The translations under genes were made by a program, and so were the position numbers. Shown piece after piece: positions 10,095 to 18,495 of a stretch of 64,000 nt of DNA. Source of the DNA: Bacteroidales bacterium (GTDB lineage Bacteria > Bacteroidota > Bacteroidia > Bacteroidales > UBA932); assembly GCA_016285455.1 (NCBI GenBank), contig JAEEQS010000008.1:4449-68448 (forward strand), read 5' to 3'. Every line of letters begins with the position of its first letter. Within the stretch, counting starts at the first letter, position 1. The notes under the pieces are model-generated. The model saw nothing but the letters and a program-made list of their open reading frames with translations. It was not told the DNA's origin and made no database searches.

Positions 10095-10700
10095 ATGAAA
10101 ACTGGTAAAACTAAATCTTTTACACTGTTGGTTGCATTGCTGGCTGTTGCTGTTATTGATGTTAGGGGGCAGAAGATCAACAATGTTGACCATATAGTTA
10201 AGATTGGTGCGGGAGCAGTGTTCCTGTTAGGCAGCGAAAGTTATGATGGCGATGGCGGATTTGCCGTGGGCGCATCTTACGGTGCTGATGTCTGGGTAAA
10301 TGACAAATGGTCTGTTATGCCTGAGATCGGAATAAGGGCTCAGGCTGACACAGAATTTTCTTCCGGCTTTAACGTGATTTGTGCGGCAAGATATCACTTT
10401 CAGACATCGGGAGGTACAAAAATGATTGTCGGGTTGGGCCCTGAGCTGATGTTTTTTACTCATAGTGGGGAATATTATTATGATGCAAATCCTGATTACG
10501 GGCTGAATCACAAGACCAAATACAAATCTTGTGACATTACGCTGCATCCAAGCTTGTTTCTTGAAAGCGGTAAACACTGGCTTTGGGGGCTGGAGGGCAG
10601 CTATGGCTTTCATGATATGAGGAAAAAATATCCTGAATATAACATCAACGGCTCCACACATTTTGCTTTTTTGATGCTTACCTGCGGATTCAGGTTCTAA
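10095..10700 (+). CDS. Small outer-membrane beta-barrel-like protein (hypothetical)
   Basis: It has a signal peptide, alternating hydrophobic/aromatic strands and a C-terminal aromatic residue (...LTCGFRF). Confidence 0.5.
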   Translation: MKTGKTKSFTLLVALLAVAVIDVRGQKINNVDHIVKIGAGAVFLLGSESYDGDGGFAVGASYGADVWVNDKWSVMPEIGIRAQADTEFSSGFNVICAARYHFQTSGGTKMIVGLGPELMFFTHSGEYYYDANPDYGLNHKTKYKSCDITLHPSLFLESGKHWLWGLEGSYGFHDMRKKYPEYNINGSTHFAFLMLTCGFRF

Positions 10701-10805
10701 CCCAAATCTGTTTCTTTTTCTTTTAAACGATTATAATCGATTATATCCGGATAAATTTCGGATAATTAAGTGTTCTCCCGTTATGTTTGCGGCAAAAGAA
10801 AGATT

Positions 10806-10820
10806 ATGCAAATTTTGCAT
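10806..10820. promoter_or_regulatory. Perfect 7-1-7 palindrome ATGCAAA-T-TTTGCAT, candidate operator
   Basis: The palindrome is read directly from the sequence. It lies 64 nt upstream of the HicB-like/HTH gene. Confidence 0.3.
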
Positions 10821-10883
10821 TATCACAAATTTGTGTTAACTTTAAACCGTCAAACAAATAATGAAGTGGAGTGATAGACGTAT

Positions 10884-11282
10884 ATGAATGTGATAATTGA
10901 AAGGGATGAAAGAGGCTACTCCGTTTATAGTGACGGGCTTAAAAGTGGAATCATTATAGGCAGCGGCAAGAGTGTTGCTGAGGCGAAAGAAGATTTTTTC
11001 AATACTCTGAAAGAAATCAAGAGCACTTATCCGGAAAGAGGCTTGTCTGTTCCTAAAGAGTTGATAGATTCCACATTTGAATATAGGTATGATATTTCAT
11101 CTGTTTTGGATGAACTTGACTGTCTTAATCTGACCAAATTTGCAAAGATTGCAGGTGTTAATTCTTCCCTGCTAAGACATTACAAGCGCGGAGACTTTGC
11201 AATATCTAGTAAACAAGTGGGTAAGATTGAAACTGCCTTGCATAATCTGGGCAGAAAACTAATGTCTGTTTCTATTTTCTAA
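10884..11282 (+). CDS. HicB-like antitoxin-fold protein fused to a C-terminal XRE-type HTH (no HicA partner seen)
   Basis: The N-terminus MNVIIERDERGYSVYSDGL..GSGKSVAEAKEDFFNTLKE resembles the HicB/UPF0150 fold. The C-terminus LTKFAKIAGVNSSLLRHYKRGDFAISSKQVGKIETAL resembles an HTH. Confidence 0.55.
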   Translation: MNVIIERDERGYSVYSDGLKSGIIIGSGKSVAEAKEDFFNTLKEIKSTYPERGLSVPKELIDSTFEYRYDISSVLDELDCLNLTKFAKIAGVNSSLLRHYKRGDFAISSKQVGKIETALHNLGRKLMSVSIF

Positions 11283-11316
11283 GGAAGCCGGGAGCACTTG
11301 TGCCGTTTCTGCAGGA

Positions 11317-12447
11317 TTATTTAGGGGCGATGCGGTAAAGGTAGATAGCGATTATCAGGTAGAGGACGTTCGGCATCCAGATGGCGATAAACGGCGGCAG
11401 AGTGTTGGAGTAGACGAACATCTGGCTGAATCTCATAAACAGGATGTAGGAGAAGCTGAGGGCTATTCCGATTCCTATGTTAAGACCGATTCCTCCTCTT
11501 CTTTTTACAGAAGACAAGCTCACTCCGATAAGCGTAAGGATAAATGCCGCAAACGGCATGGCCCACCTTTCGTTCTGCTCTATAAGCGAGAACATTACGT
11601 CTTTGTCTCCACGGATTTTCTGGTCTCTGATAAGCCTTCTGAGCTGGCCGTCCGGAAGAGTCTGCACGGTGTTTTTCCTTCTGTAGAAATCTTCTACTGT
11701 AACGGCTATTACGGTATCCAGCTTAGGTCCGGTCTTCACATTTTCAACTCCGTCTTCAAATGTGCGGAGGATGTAGTCCTTGAGTTTCCATCCCTGGAAG
11801 GTGGAGTCCCACTGGGCTTCCGTGGCGCTGAGCTTGGAAGTTATTTCGTGGCCGTTAATGGTTTCCAGAGAGAAGCCGTAAGCTGTGTTGTTGCTTGGGG
11901 CAAAACTCTGGACATAGAGGAAGTTGCCCGGGCTTATCTGGTAATGGACGTTGCGTGAGAAGTTCTCGTATTTCTTCTTGACGTATTTCTGCTCGAACGC
12001 GATTCTTCCCTTGTTGCAAGGAGGAATGACATAAAGGTTCAGAACCAGGGAGCAAAGCACAATCACCGTAGCCGAAACAAAGTACGGCCACATCAGCCTC
12101 TTGAAAGAAATACCTCCAGCCAGAATGGCTATGATCTCCGTGTTGGCCGCCATCTTGGAAGTGAAGAAAATCACCGTGATGAAGACGAACATCGGGCTGA
12201 ACATATTCACGAAATACGGGATGAAGTTGGCGTAGTACTGGAAGACAATCAGTCTAAGAGGCGCCTGGTTGGTGACGAACTTGTCTACTTTTTCGCTGAG
12301 GTCAAAGATTATTACAATGCCGATGATAAGCAGAAGCGCCACCACGTAGGTGCCGATGAACTTCTTTATGATGTACCGGTCTATGGTGGTAATCTGCGGC
12401 TTGAAGTCCTTTATGCTTTGTTTTATGTGCTCTCTGCTCAGGTTCAT
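11317..12447 (-). CDS. LptF/LptG family LPS-export permease (YjgP/YjgQ)
   Basis: The 376 aa product has 6 predicted TM segments around a central periplasmic beta-jellyroll region. This architecture and length fit YjgP/YjgQ. Confidence 0.8.
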   Translation of the reverse strand: MNLSREHIKQSIKDFKPQITTIDRYIIKKFIGTYVVALLLIIGIVIIFDLSEKVDKFVTNQAPLRLIVFQYYANFIPYFVNMFSPMFVFITVIFFTSKMAANTEIIAILAGGISFKRLMWPYFVSATVIVLCSLVLNLYVIPPCNKGRIAFEQKYVKKKYENFSRNVHYQISPGNFLYVQSFAPSNNTAYGFSLETINGHEITSKLSATEAQWDSTFQGWKLKDYILRTFEDGVENVKTGPKLDTVIAVTVEDFYRRKNTVQTLPDGQLRRLIRDQKIRGDKDVMFSLIEQNERWAMPFAAFILTLIGVSLSSVKRRGGIGLNIGIGIALSFSYILFMRFSQMFVYSNTLPPFIAIWMPNVLYLIIAIYLYRIAPK

Positions 12448-12450
12448 TGT

Positions 12451-13584
12451 TTAGCTAATCCTCCGCGATAGTTTTACAACAGTATCCTCTTTCCACTTTT
12501 TGAAGTCTCCTGCAATGATGTGTTCCCTTGCCTTTGTCACCAGTTCCAGATAGAAGGCCAGGTTGTGGTAGCTTGCTATCTGGGCTCCCAGCATCTCTCC
12601 CGCTATGAACATATGCCTCAGGTATGCTTTGGTGTAAGTATGGTCTACAAATGACGTGCCCTGAGGATCGATCGGGGAGAAATCTTCCGCCCACTTCTTG
12701 TTCTTTATGTTGATGGTGCCTTCCCAGGTGAAGAGCATTCCGTTTCTTCCGTTTCTTGTAGGCATTACGCAGTCGAACATATCCACTCCGCGGTCTATGC
12801 CTTCCAATATGTTGGCAGGGGTTCCTACTCCCATAAGGTATCTAGGCTTGTCCTTTGGCAGTTCTTCCTTCAGCACGTCCAGCATCTCGTACATTTTTTC
12901 CGTTGGCTCTCCCACGCTGAGGCCTCCAATGGCGCAGCCGTCCATATCTGCATCGGCGACAATTCTGGCGGCCTCCCTTCTCAGTTCAGGATAGATGCAG
13001 CCCTGCACAATCGGAAAGAAGAACTGGCGGTAGCCGTAAAGCGGCTCGGTTTCCTTGAACCTTGCAATGCATCTTTGAAGCCAGCGGTTGGTTCTGTCCA
13101 TAGACTTCTTGGCATACTGGAAATCAGCTGTTCCCGGAGTGCATTCATCTAGGGCCATAATAATGTCTGCTCCTATCATTCTCTGCACGTCAACGTTGTT
13201 TTCCGGCGTGAAGATGTGGCGCGATCCGTCTATGTGAGACTGGAAAGTGCAGCCTTCTTCAGTGATTTTCCTTCTTGCGGCAAGGGAGAAAACCTGGAAT
13301 CCGCCGCTGTCTGTGAGAATAGGCCTGTCCCAGCTTACGAACTTGTGAAGCCCTCCGGCCTTGTTTATCAGGTCAGTTCCCGGCCTGAGCAGAAGATGAT
13401 ATGTGTTGCCGAGGATTATCTTGGCCTTGATGTCTTCAACAAGATCTCTATGATATACTCCCTTTACGCTTCCAACCGTGCCCACGGGCATAAAGATAGG
13501 GGTGGGAATGTCTCCGTGATCTGTGTGGAGAACTCCTGCCCTTGCCCAGCTGTCTGGATTATTGCCTAAGACTTGGAAAAACAT
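12451..13584 (-). CDS. tgt: Queuine tRNA-ribosyltransferase (tRNA-guanine transglycosylase)
   Basis: ARAGVLHTDHGDIPTPIFMPVGT, LGNTYHL, DSGGFQV and the zinc-site region fit Tgt. I trimmed the start to the ATG at 13584 (MFFQVLG...) so that ARAG is spaced from the N-terminus as in known Tgt. Confidence 0.93.
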   Translation of the reverse strand: MFFQVLGNNPDSWARAGVLHTDHGDIPTPIFMPVGTVGSVKGVYHRDLVEDIKAKIILGNTYHLLLRPGTDLINKAGGLHKFVSWDRPILTDSGGFQVFSLAARRKITEEGCTFQSHIDGSRHIFTPENNVDVQRMIGADIIMALDECTPGTADFQYAKKSMDRTNRWLQRCIARFKETEPLYGYRQFFFPIVQGCIYPELRREAARIVADADMDGCAIGGLSVGEPTEKMYEMLDVLKEELPKDKPRYLMGVGTPANILEGIDRGVDMFDCVMPTRNGRNGMLFTWEGTINIKNKKWAEDFSPIDPQGTSFVDHTYTKAYLRHMFIAGEMLGAQIASYHNLAFYLELVTKAREHIIAGDFKKWKEDTVVKLSRRIS

Positions 13585-13590
13585 ACACGG

Positions 13591-13598
13591 CAAAAGTA
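13591..13598 (-). promoter_or_regulatory. Candidate -7 box TACTTTTG, 6 nt upstream of the tgt ATG
   Basis: The minus strand reads TACTTTTG-CCGTGT-ATG. Confidence 0.4.
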
Positions 13599-13608
13599 CG
13601 AAAAATTG

Positions 13609-13616
13609 TATATTTG
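13609..13616 (+). promoter_or_regulatory. Candidate -7 box TATATTTG for the nucleoside transporter gene
   Basis: It matches TAnnTTTG and lies 41 nt upstream of the ATG at 13658. Confidence 0.4.
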
Positions 13617-13657
13617 TAGTTAATCGGATCAAACCGGAAAATCAAAACAAACCACAT

Positions 13658-15262
13658 ATGAAGAACACTACAAAGAAAGACGGGCCACGTATAGGTTTTA
13701 TGGGGCCTAAGTTTCTGAAGGTTGCGCTGGTGATAATTGCCGTTGGTTTTATTTGCGGCATAGTCAACGCAGCCGTTACTCCTCAGACGGAGCCTGAGCC
13801 TCAGGCAACAGAGCAGGTTGCCGCTGCAGCGCAGGTTACAGATCCTGCTGATGAGGCCATAGGGGAGAAGCCATCTGTTTCTGCAGAAGAACCAGCTGTG
13901 GAAGAAAACACAGATGCTCTTGCAAAACGCAAGGAGATGTTTGCCAAGATTCTCGATGAGAAGAAACTTCATTTCAGTTTCGGTTCAATTGCAAAGGGAA
14001 TCCTGGGAATTGCAGTCATAGTGCTGATAGCCTGGCTATGCTCAACAGACCGCAAGAAAGTTAACTGGAAGACAGTTGGAATGGCTCTGCTGCTGCAGTT
14101 CATAATCGCTTTCTCCGTGCTGATGTTCCCTCCTGTGCAGAAATTCTTTGAGGTATTCGGAAAATGCTTTGTGGCAGTCTTAGGCTGGACCAAGGCGGGC
14201 GCGGACTTCCTGTTTGGCCCGCTGATGGATACTGGCGGAATCGGCTATATCTTCGTATTCCAGATTCTTCCTACCATCATCTTCTTCTCAGCACTTACCA
14301 GCCTTCTGTTCTACCTGGGAATTCTCCAGAAGATTGTATGGTGCATGGGCTGGATTATGACAAAGCTTATGAACGTTTCCGGAGCCGAGAGTTTGTCTTG
14401 CGCCGGTAATGTGTTCTTGGGCCAGACAGAGGCTCCTCTGATGGTAAAGGAGTATATTCCTAGAATGAGCCGAAGCGAGCTAATGCTGATTATGGTTTCC
14501 GGAATGGCAACGATGAGCGGCGGAGTGCTGGCGGCCTACATCGGAATGCTGGGTTGCGGAGATCCGGATATGACGGTAGAGTTTGCAAAGCACCTTCTGA
14601 GCGCATCTGTGATGGCCGCTCCTGGAGCTATCGCAATGGCCAAGATCCTCAAGCCTGAGACAGACCAGATAGACAACTCCGTTCAGGTATCTAAGGAGAA
14701 ACTCGGAAGCAACGTGCTGGACGCCATATCAATAGGAACCACCCAGGGCCTCAAGCTTGCCGCAAACGTGGCAGCAATGCTTCTGGTGTTCTACGCTTTG
14801 ATTGCCGGAGTAAACTACATTCTCAACATCATAAGCTTCCCTGCTATGGACCGCTGGATTACGGCCGTAACAGACGGAAGATATACAGACCTCAGCCTTG
14901 AATGCATACTCTCTTATGTCTTCTATCCTGTAATCTGGCTAATCGGAGTTCCGAGCGGAGATATAGGATATGTAGGAAGGCTTCTTGGAGAAAAGCTGAT
15001 CCTCACAGAGTTCATAGGATACGGCTCTCTTGCGGATATGCTCCAGAACAGCGTATTCTCTTCTCCTAAGTCTATTGTGATGGCAACTTATGTTCTTTGC
15101 GGATTTGCAAACTTCGCCTCTATCGGAATCATAATCGGAGGCGTTGGAGGAATGGCGCCTAACAAGCAGTCTATACTCGGCGAATACGGAATCAGGGCCT
15201 TGCTCGGCGCAGCCTTGGTGGCATTGGTTTCTGCCGCAATGGTTGGTATGTTCCTGGCTTAA
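13658..15262 (+). CDS. NupC/CNT-family concentrative nucleoside transporter with a ~130 aa N-terminal extension
   Basis: The core has CNT hallmarks (GNVFLGQTEAPLMVKEYIPRMSRSELMLIMVSGMATMSGGVLAAYIGML). I set the start at the ATG at 13658 (MKNTTKKDG...); the track start at 13523 overlaps tgt. Confidence 0.85.
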   Translation: MKNTTKKDGPRIGFMGPKFLKVALVIIAVGFICGIVNAAVTPQTEPEPQATEQVAAAAQVTDPADEAIGEKPSVSAEEPAVEENTDALAKRKEMFAKILDEKKLHFSFGSIAKGILGIAVIVLIAWLCSTDRKKVNWKTVGMALLLQFIIAFSVLMFPPVQKFFEVFGKCFVAVLGWTKAGADFLFGPLMDTGGIGYIFVFQILPTIIFFSALTSLLFYLGILQKIVWCMGWIMTKLMNVSGAESLSCAGNVFLGQTEAPLMVKEYIPRMSRSELMLIMVSGMATMSGGVLAAYIGMLGCGDPDMTVEFAKHLLSASVMAAPGAIAMAKILKPETDQIDNSVQVSKEKLGSNVLDAISIGTTQGLKLAANVAAMLLVFYALIAGVNYILNIISFPAMDRWITAVTDGRYTDLSLECILSYVFYPVIWLIGVPSGDIGYVGRLLGEKLILTEFIGYGSLADMLQNSVFSSPKSIVMATYVLCGFANFASIGIIIGGVGGMAPNKQSILGEYGIRALLGAALVALVSAAMVGMFLA

Positions 15263-15975
15263 TACGGGAAATACAGAAGCGCATAGGCGGGATGGCTGAA
15301 TTCAAGCAGCGCATCCCGCTTTTTGAATGTGTTAAGAGTAGCTTTCCACCAAAGGTTGAAAGTAACATCGTCTGTTTTGTATTCCAAGCCCTGAGATTTT
15401 ATCTTTAGAGTCTGGTCAAAGGCAAAGATGGATATTCTGTCTCCCGGCTCTCCCTTCAGGCGCGTTGTGTCCAATATAGGAACAAATACACCGTAATCTG
15501 TTACGGCGGAGACCGTTACGCTTTCCTTCGGAAACTTTTCCTTGAGCTTTTCTGCAAAAACAGGAAGATAAGAGATGTTGCCGAGAGCATGGTCTTCTCT
15601 TTTTCCGGTCGCCCCTAGAATTATGATTGAGTAATCTGTTTTCCTTTTCTGCTCAGCGATGTATTTTTCCAGAATGCCGAGTGAAAAGCGGAAGGCCTTG
15701 CAAAGGTCGTTGAAATCCTGTTCTTCTTCTTTGTGGATTATGTCCTTGAACTTGGCCTGGTATTTCTTTGGCAGAGTGTCCATATCGCCCACAATCCAGT
15801 CTGCGCTCATCCCGTTTTTCAGAAGACTCAGGATTGCTCCGTCACAGGCGATTACGGTATGGCTCTTCTTTGCTCTCTGAGCCTTGCGGATAAGGCTGAG
15901 ACCAGGACCCCTTGAAGGGAAATCCCCGTCGCAGAGAATGACAATTGTCTTTTCAGATAAAGCGGATGTTTTCAT
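15259..15975 (-). CDS. Thiamine diphosphokinase (thiamine pyrophosphokinase)
   Basis: CDGDF..., VGDMDT and LGATGKREDHALGNI are TPK catalytic-domain motifs. I set the start at the ATG at 15975; the track start at 15984 is a TTG. Confidence 0.75.
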   Translation of the reverse strand: MKTSALSEKTIVILCDGDFPSRGPGLSLIRKAQRAKKSHTVIACDGAILSLLKNGMSADWIVGDMDTLPKKYQAKFKDIIHKEEEQDFNDLCKAFRFSLGILEKYIAEQKRKTDYSIIILGATGKREDHALGNISYLPVFAEKLKEKFPKESVTVSAVTDYGVFVPILDTTRLKGEPGDRISIFAFDQTLKIKSQGLEYKTDDVTFNLWWKATLNTFKKRDALLEFSHPAYALLYFPY

Positions 15976-16915
15976 CTCCCACAAGATTTTTGTGCCCGTT
16001 TATAAAGTCCACCGCTCCCATCCTTTTCTTTCCGGCAGGCTGCAAAGAGGTGATCTCAAGCATCTTGTCAGAGCAAGGAACAAAGATGGCCTTGTCTGTT
16101 ATTATTGCCTTTGAGCCTTTTTTGTCTGATACTTCCGAAGCAAAGATTTTCATCTCGATAGTTTCTCCGCTTCCTGTCTGCATTGTTGCAAGAGCTGCGG
16201 GGTATGGAGAAAGGCCTCTTACCAGAGCGTCACATTCTTCTGCCGTTTTGCTCCAGTCTATCCTGCAGTTTGTCTTGTTGAGCTTTGGTGCCGCGGCTGT
16301 GGTTTCAGTCAGAGCTGAAGCATCTTGAGGCTGCGGAGCAATTGTCCCGTTTTCAAGCTCCTGCACAGTCTTTACCACAAGGGCAGAACCCATTTCCATC
16401 AGTTTGTCGTGAAGAGTTTCAACAGTTTCCCTTTCTTCAATAGGGCATTTTTGCTGGAGAAGTATGCTTCCGGTATCTATCTTTTCATCTATGAAGAAAG
16501 TGGTAACTCCGGTTTCTTTTTCCCTCTGGATTACGGCCCAGTTGATAGGGGCTGCGCCTCTGAATTTAGGAAGCAGAGAAGCGTGGAGGTTGAAGGTTCC
16601 CTTCTTTGGCATCTTCCACACAACCTCTGGCAGCATCCTGAAAGCCACTACAATAAAAAGGTCTGCGTTGTAGCTTTCCAGCTTTTTGAGGAAAGATTCA
16701 TCGCGGAGCTTTTCAGGCTGGAGAATATCTATGCCGCCTCTTTCCAAGGCAAACTTCTTGACATCGCTCTGAGCCATCTGAAGGCCCCTTCCTTTTGGCT
16801 TGTCCGGTACGGTCACCACTGCGGGGATTTCGTATCCCGCATCCAGCAATGCCTTAAGAGGGGCAACCGCAAACTCCGGCGTACCCATATAAATTATTCT
16901 GGTATGTCTTTCCAT
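15953..16915 (-). CDS. fmt: Methionyl-tRNA formyltransferase
   Basis: RIIYMGTPEFAVAPLKALL, the SLLPKFRGAAPINWAVI motif and the C-terminal OB-like domain fit Fmt. I trimmed the start to the ATG at 16915 (MERHTRIIYMG). Confidence 0.93.
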   Translation of the reverse strand: MERHTRIIYMGTPEFAVAPLKALLDAGYEIPAVVTVPDKPKGRGLQMAQSDVKKFALERGGIDILQPEKLRDESFLKKLESYNADLFIVVAFRMLPEVVWKMPKKGTFNLHASLLPKFRGAAPINWAVIQREKETGVTTFFIDEKIDTGSILLQQKCPIEERETVETLHDKLMEMGSALVVKTVQELENGTIAPQPQDASALTETTAAAPKLNKTNCRIDWSKTAEECDALVRGLSPYPAALATMQTGSGETIEMKIFASEVSDKKGSKAIITDKAIFVPCSDKMLEITSLQPAGKKRMGAVDFINGHKNLVGDENIRFI

Positions 16916-16916
16916 T

Positions 16917-18494
16917 CTATTGGTTGTTTTCGGCTTCTTTCTTGAGGATCTGGGCCATCTTCTGGCGGTATTGCTCTCTCTTTTCCTTGTTGAACAGACG
17001 GCCAAAGAAATTCTTGACGTTTTTCATTGCATTGTCCGGATCGAATACCGCTGAATCCTGGGTGCATTTCCAGGTCAGGAACGCTGCCAGCGGGGCAAGC
17101 ACCAGAGTGGATATGAAGGCTCCCAGGAACGGGCTGATTGCTCCGTCGTTGGCAAGTTTCTTTCCGCTGATGTCTACAACCCAGTAAAGCACAAAGAAGA
17201 GTATGGAGATAATGGCCGGTGTTCCCAGTCCTCCCTTCCTTACAATGGCTCCTATAGGGGCGCCTATGAAGAAGAAAATCAGGCAGGCCAGGCTTAAGGT
17301 GAACTTGCGGAAGGTTTCTATGATTGTCCTTCTGAGCGGATAGGCTGTCTGGTAAATCTGGGCGTGGTAGAAACTGTAGGAAACCTTCTCGTTGTTAAGG
17401 GTTCCGTAAACGGTGGAATAGGCTTCAGCCTTGTCTCCCCGAGTTTTCCAGTGATAGAGGTCTTCTTTCTTGAGACTCTTGCGGAATCCTTTGTTTCGGG
17501 CGGTATCCAGCTGGTCCTGGTGGCCGAGCCAGTCTGCGGTGAGAGCTCTCTTGGTATGCACGTTCAAAGAAGAGTCGTTTGCTATGGTCAGGGAGTCTCT
17601 GTCTTTGCGCAGCTGGGTTATGTTCTTTGCCATAACCTCCTGGCTGTAGCGGCCTTCGCTTGAGCCTTTGAAAGCATAGTTTTCCAGCGGAATGGCAATC
17701 TGCTGGAAAGTGAATTTGATTCTCTGGAGGGCCAGGGAAGTGTCTGTGTAAGTGCGGGTATTGGTCTCCTGATAATTCACTCCGTTGTAGAGGGTTATGA
17801 GAAGACCCTGCTTGTCTGGAGTGATTGAGAATCTTCCTGAATCGGCGATGGTAAGATCTGTGTTTCCTCCCTCCTTGGAGTGGTTGTAAACCATAATCTG
17901 ATGCATAAGCATATTCTTGTCTCTTGCGCCCACCCTTATGGTATAACCTTCTATTCCGTCGTAGAATATGCCTACAGGTATCTTGATTTCTTCCTTGGTG
18001 TTGGTAATGTCTTCTCTAAGGGTGTAGATCTTGTTGTAGGCCACCGGAATAAGGTTGTTTGAAGCAAAGAAAGCTCCCACCACAATCACTATGGCCACAT
18101 AGCTTAAAGGCCTCAGGATTCTCTGGAGGGAAATGCCGGCTGCCTTCATGCTGAGCAGTTCGCTGTTTTCTCCCAGGGTTCCCATTGTCATAATGGAAGC
18201 CAGAAGTGTGGCAAGCGGCAGGGCGTAAGGAATCAGAGTGCAGCTTCCCCACAGCATAAACTGGGCAATAACCTTGAAGCTCAGTCCCTTTCCAACAAGC
18301 TCATCGATATATACCCACAGGAACTGCATCATCAGGATGAAGATAACAATGAAGAAAACTGCTACAAATGGACCCAGGAAAGACTTCAGCATATAGCCGT
18401 CCAAAGTCTTTACTCCAAGCTGGCGCAGGAAACCTTTAACGGCTTCCTTTATCCTCCTTATTAGAGGCAGCTTCTCCTGAGTCTGTTCTTCCAT
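16917..18494 (-). CDS. LptF/LptG family permease (long form, 525 aa)
   Basis: It has N-terminal 3 TM segments (MKAAGISLQRIL motif), a large periplasmic domain and C-terminal 3 TM segments. Confidence 0.75.
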   Translation of the reverse strand: MEEQTQEKLPLIRRIKEAVKGFLRQLGVKTLDGYMLKSFLGPFVAVFFIVIFILMMQFLWVYIDELVGKGLSFKVIAQFMLWGSCTLIPYALPLATLLASIMTMGTLGENSELLSMKAAGISLQRILRPLSYVAIVIVVGAFFASNNLIPVAYNKIYTLREDITNTKEEIKIPVGIFYDGIEGYTIRVGARDKNMLMHQIMVYNHSKEGGNTDLTIADSGRFSITPDKQGLLITLYNGVNYQETNTRTYTDTSLALQRIKFTFQQIAIPLENYAFKGSSEGRYSQEVMAKNITQLRKDRDSLTIANDSSLNVHTKRALTADWLGHQDQLDTARNKGFRKSLKKEDLYHWKTRGDKAEAYSTVYGTLNNEKVSYSFYHAQIYQTAYPLRRTIIETFRKFTLSLACLIFFFIGAPIGAIVRKGGLGTPAIISILFFVLYWVVDISGKKLANDGAISPFLGAFISTLVLAPLAAFLTWKCTQDSAVFDPDNAMKNVKNFFGRLFNKEKREQYRQKMAQILKKEAENNQ

Positions 18495-18495
18495 C

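Noticed and set aside
11286-11300. The string GGGAGCACTT recurs at 11290-11299 and 55426-55435, and the 8-mer AGCACTTG recurs at 11293-11300 and 55481-55488.
   Set aside because: The match is too short to be significant, and the locus at 11.3 kb has no accompanying repeat structure.
13523-13657. Several ORF-track entries carry long 5-prime extensions: 13523 (nupC), 12451-13632 (tgt), 15953-17005 (fmt), 36006 (C10), 41277 (glyA), 42608 (pnp), 21547 (NIF3), 46177-47358 and 52391-53635.
   Set aside because: The extensions overlap neighbouring genes or promoters, often begin at TTG or GTG, and lack family similarity. Internal ATGs give canonical N-termini or signal peptides, so I trimmed the starts rather than calling overlapping or novel genes.
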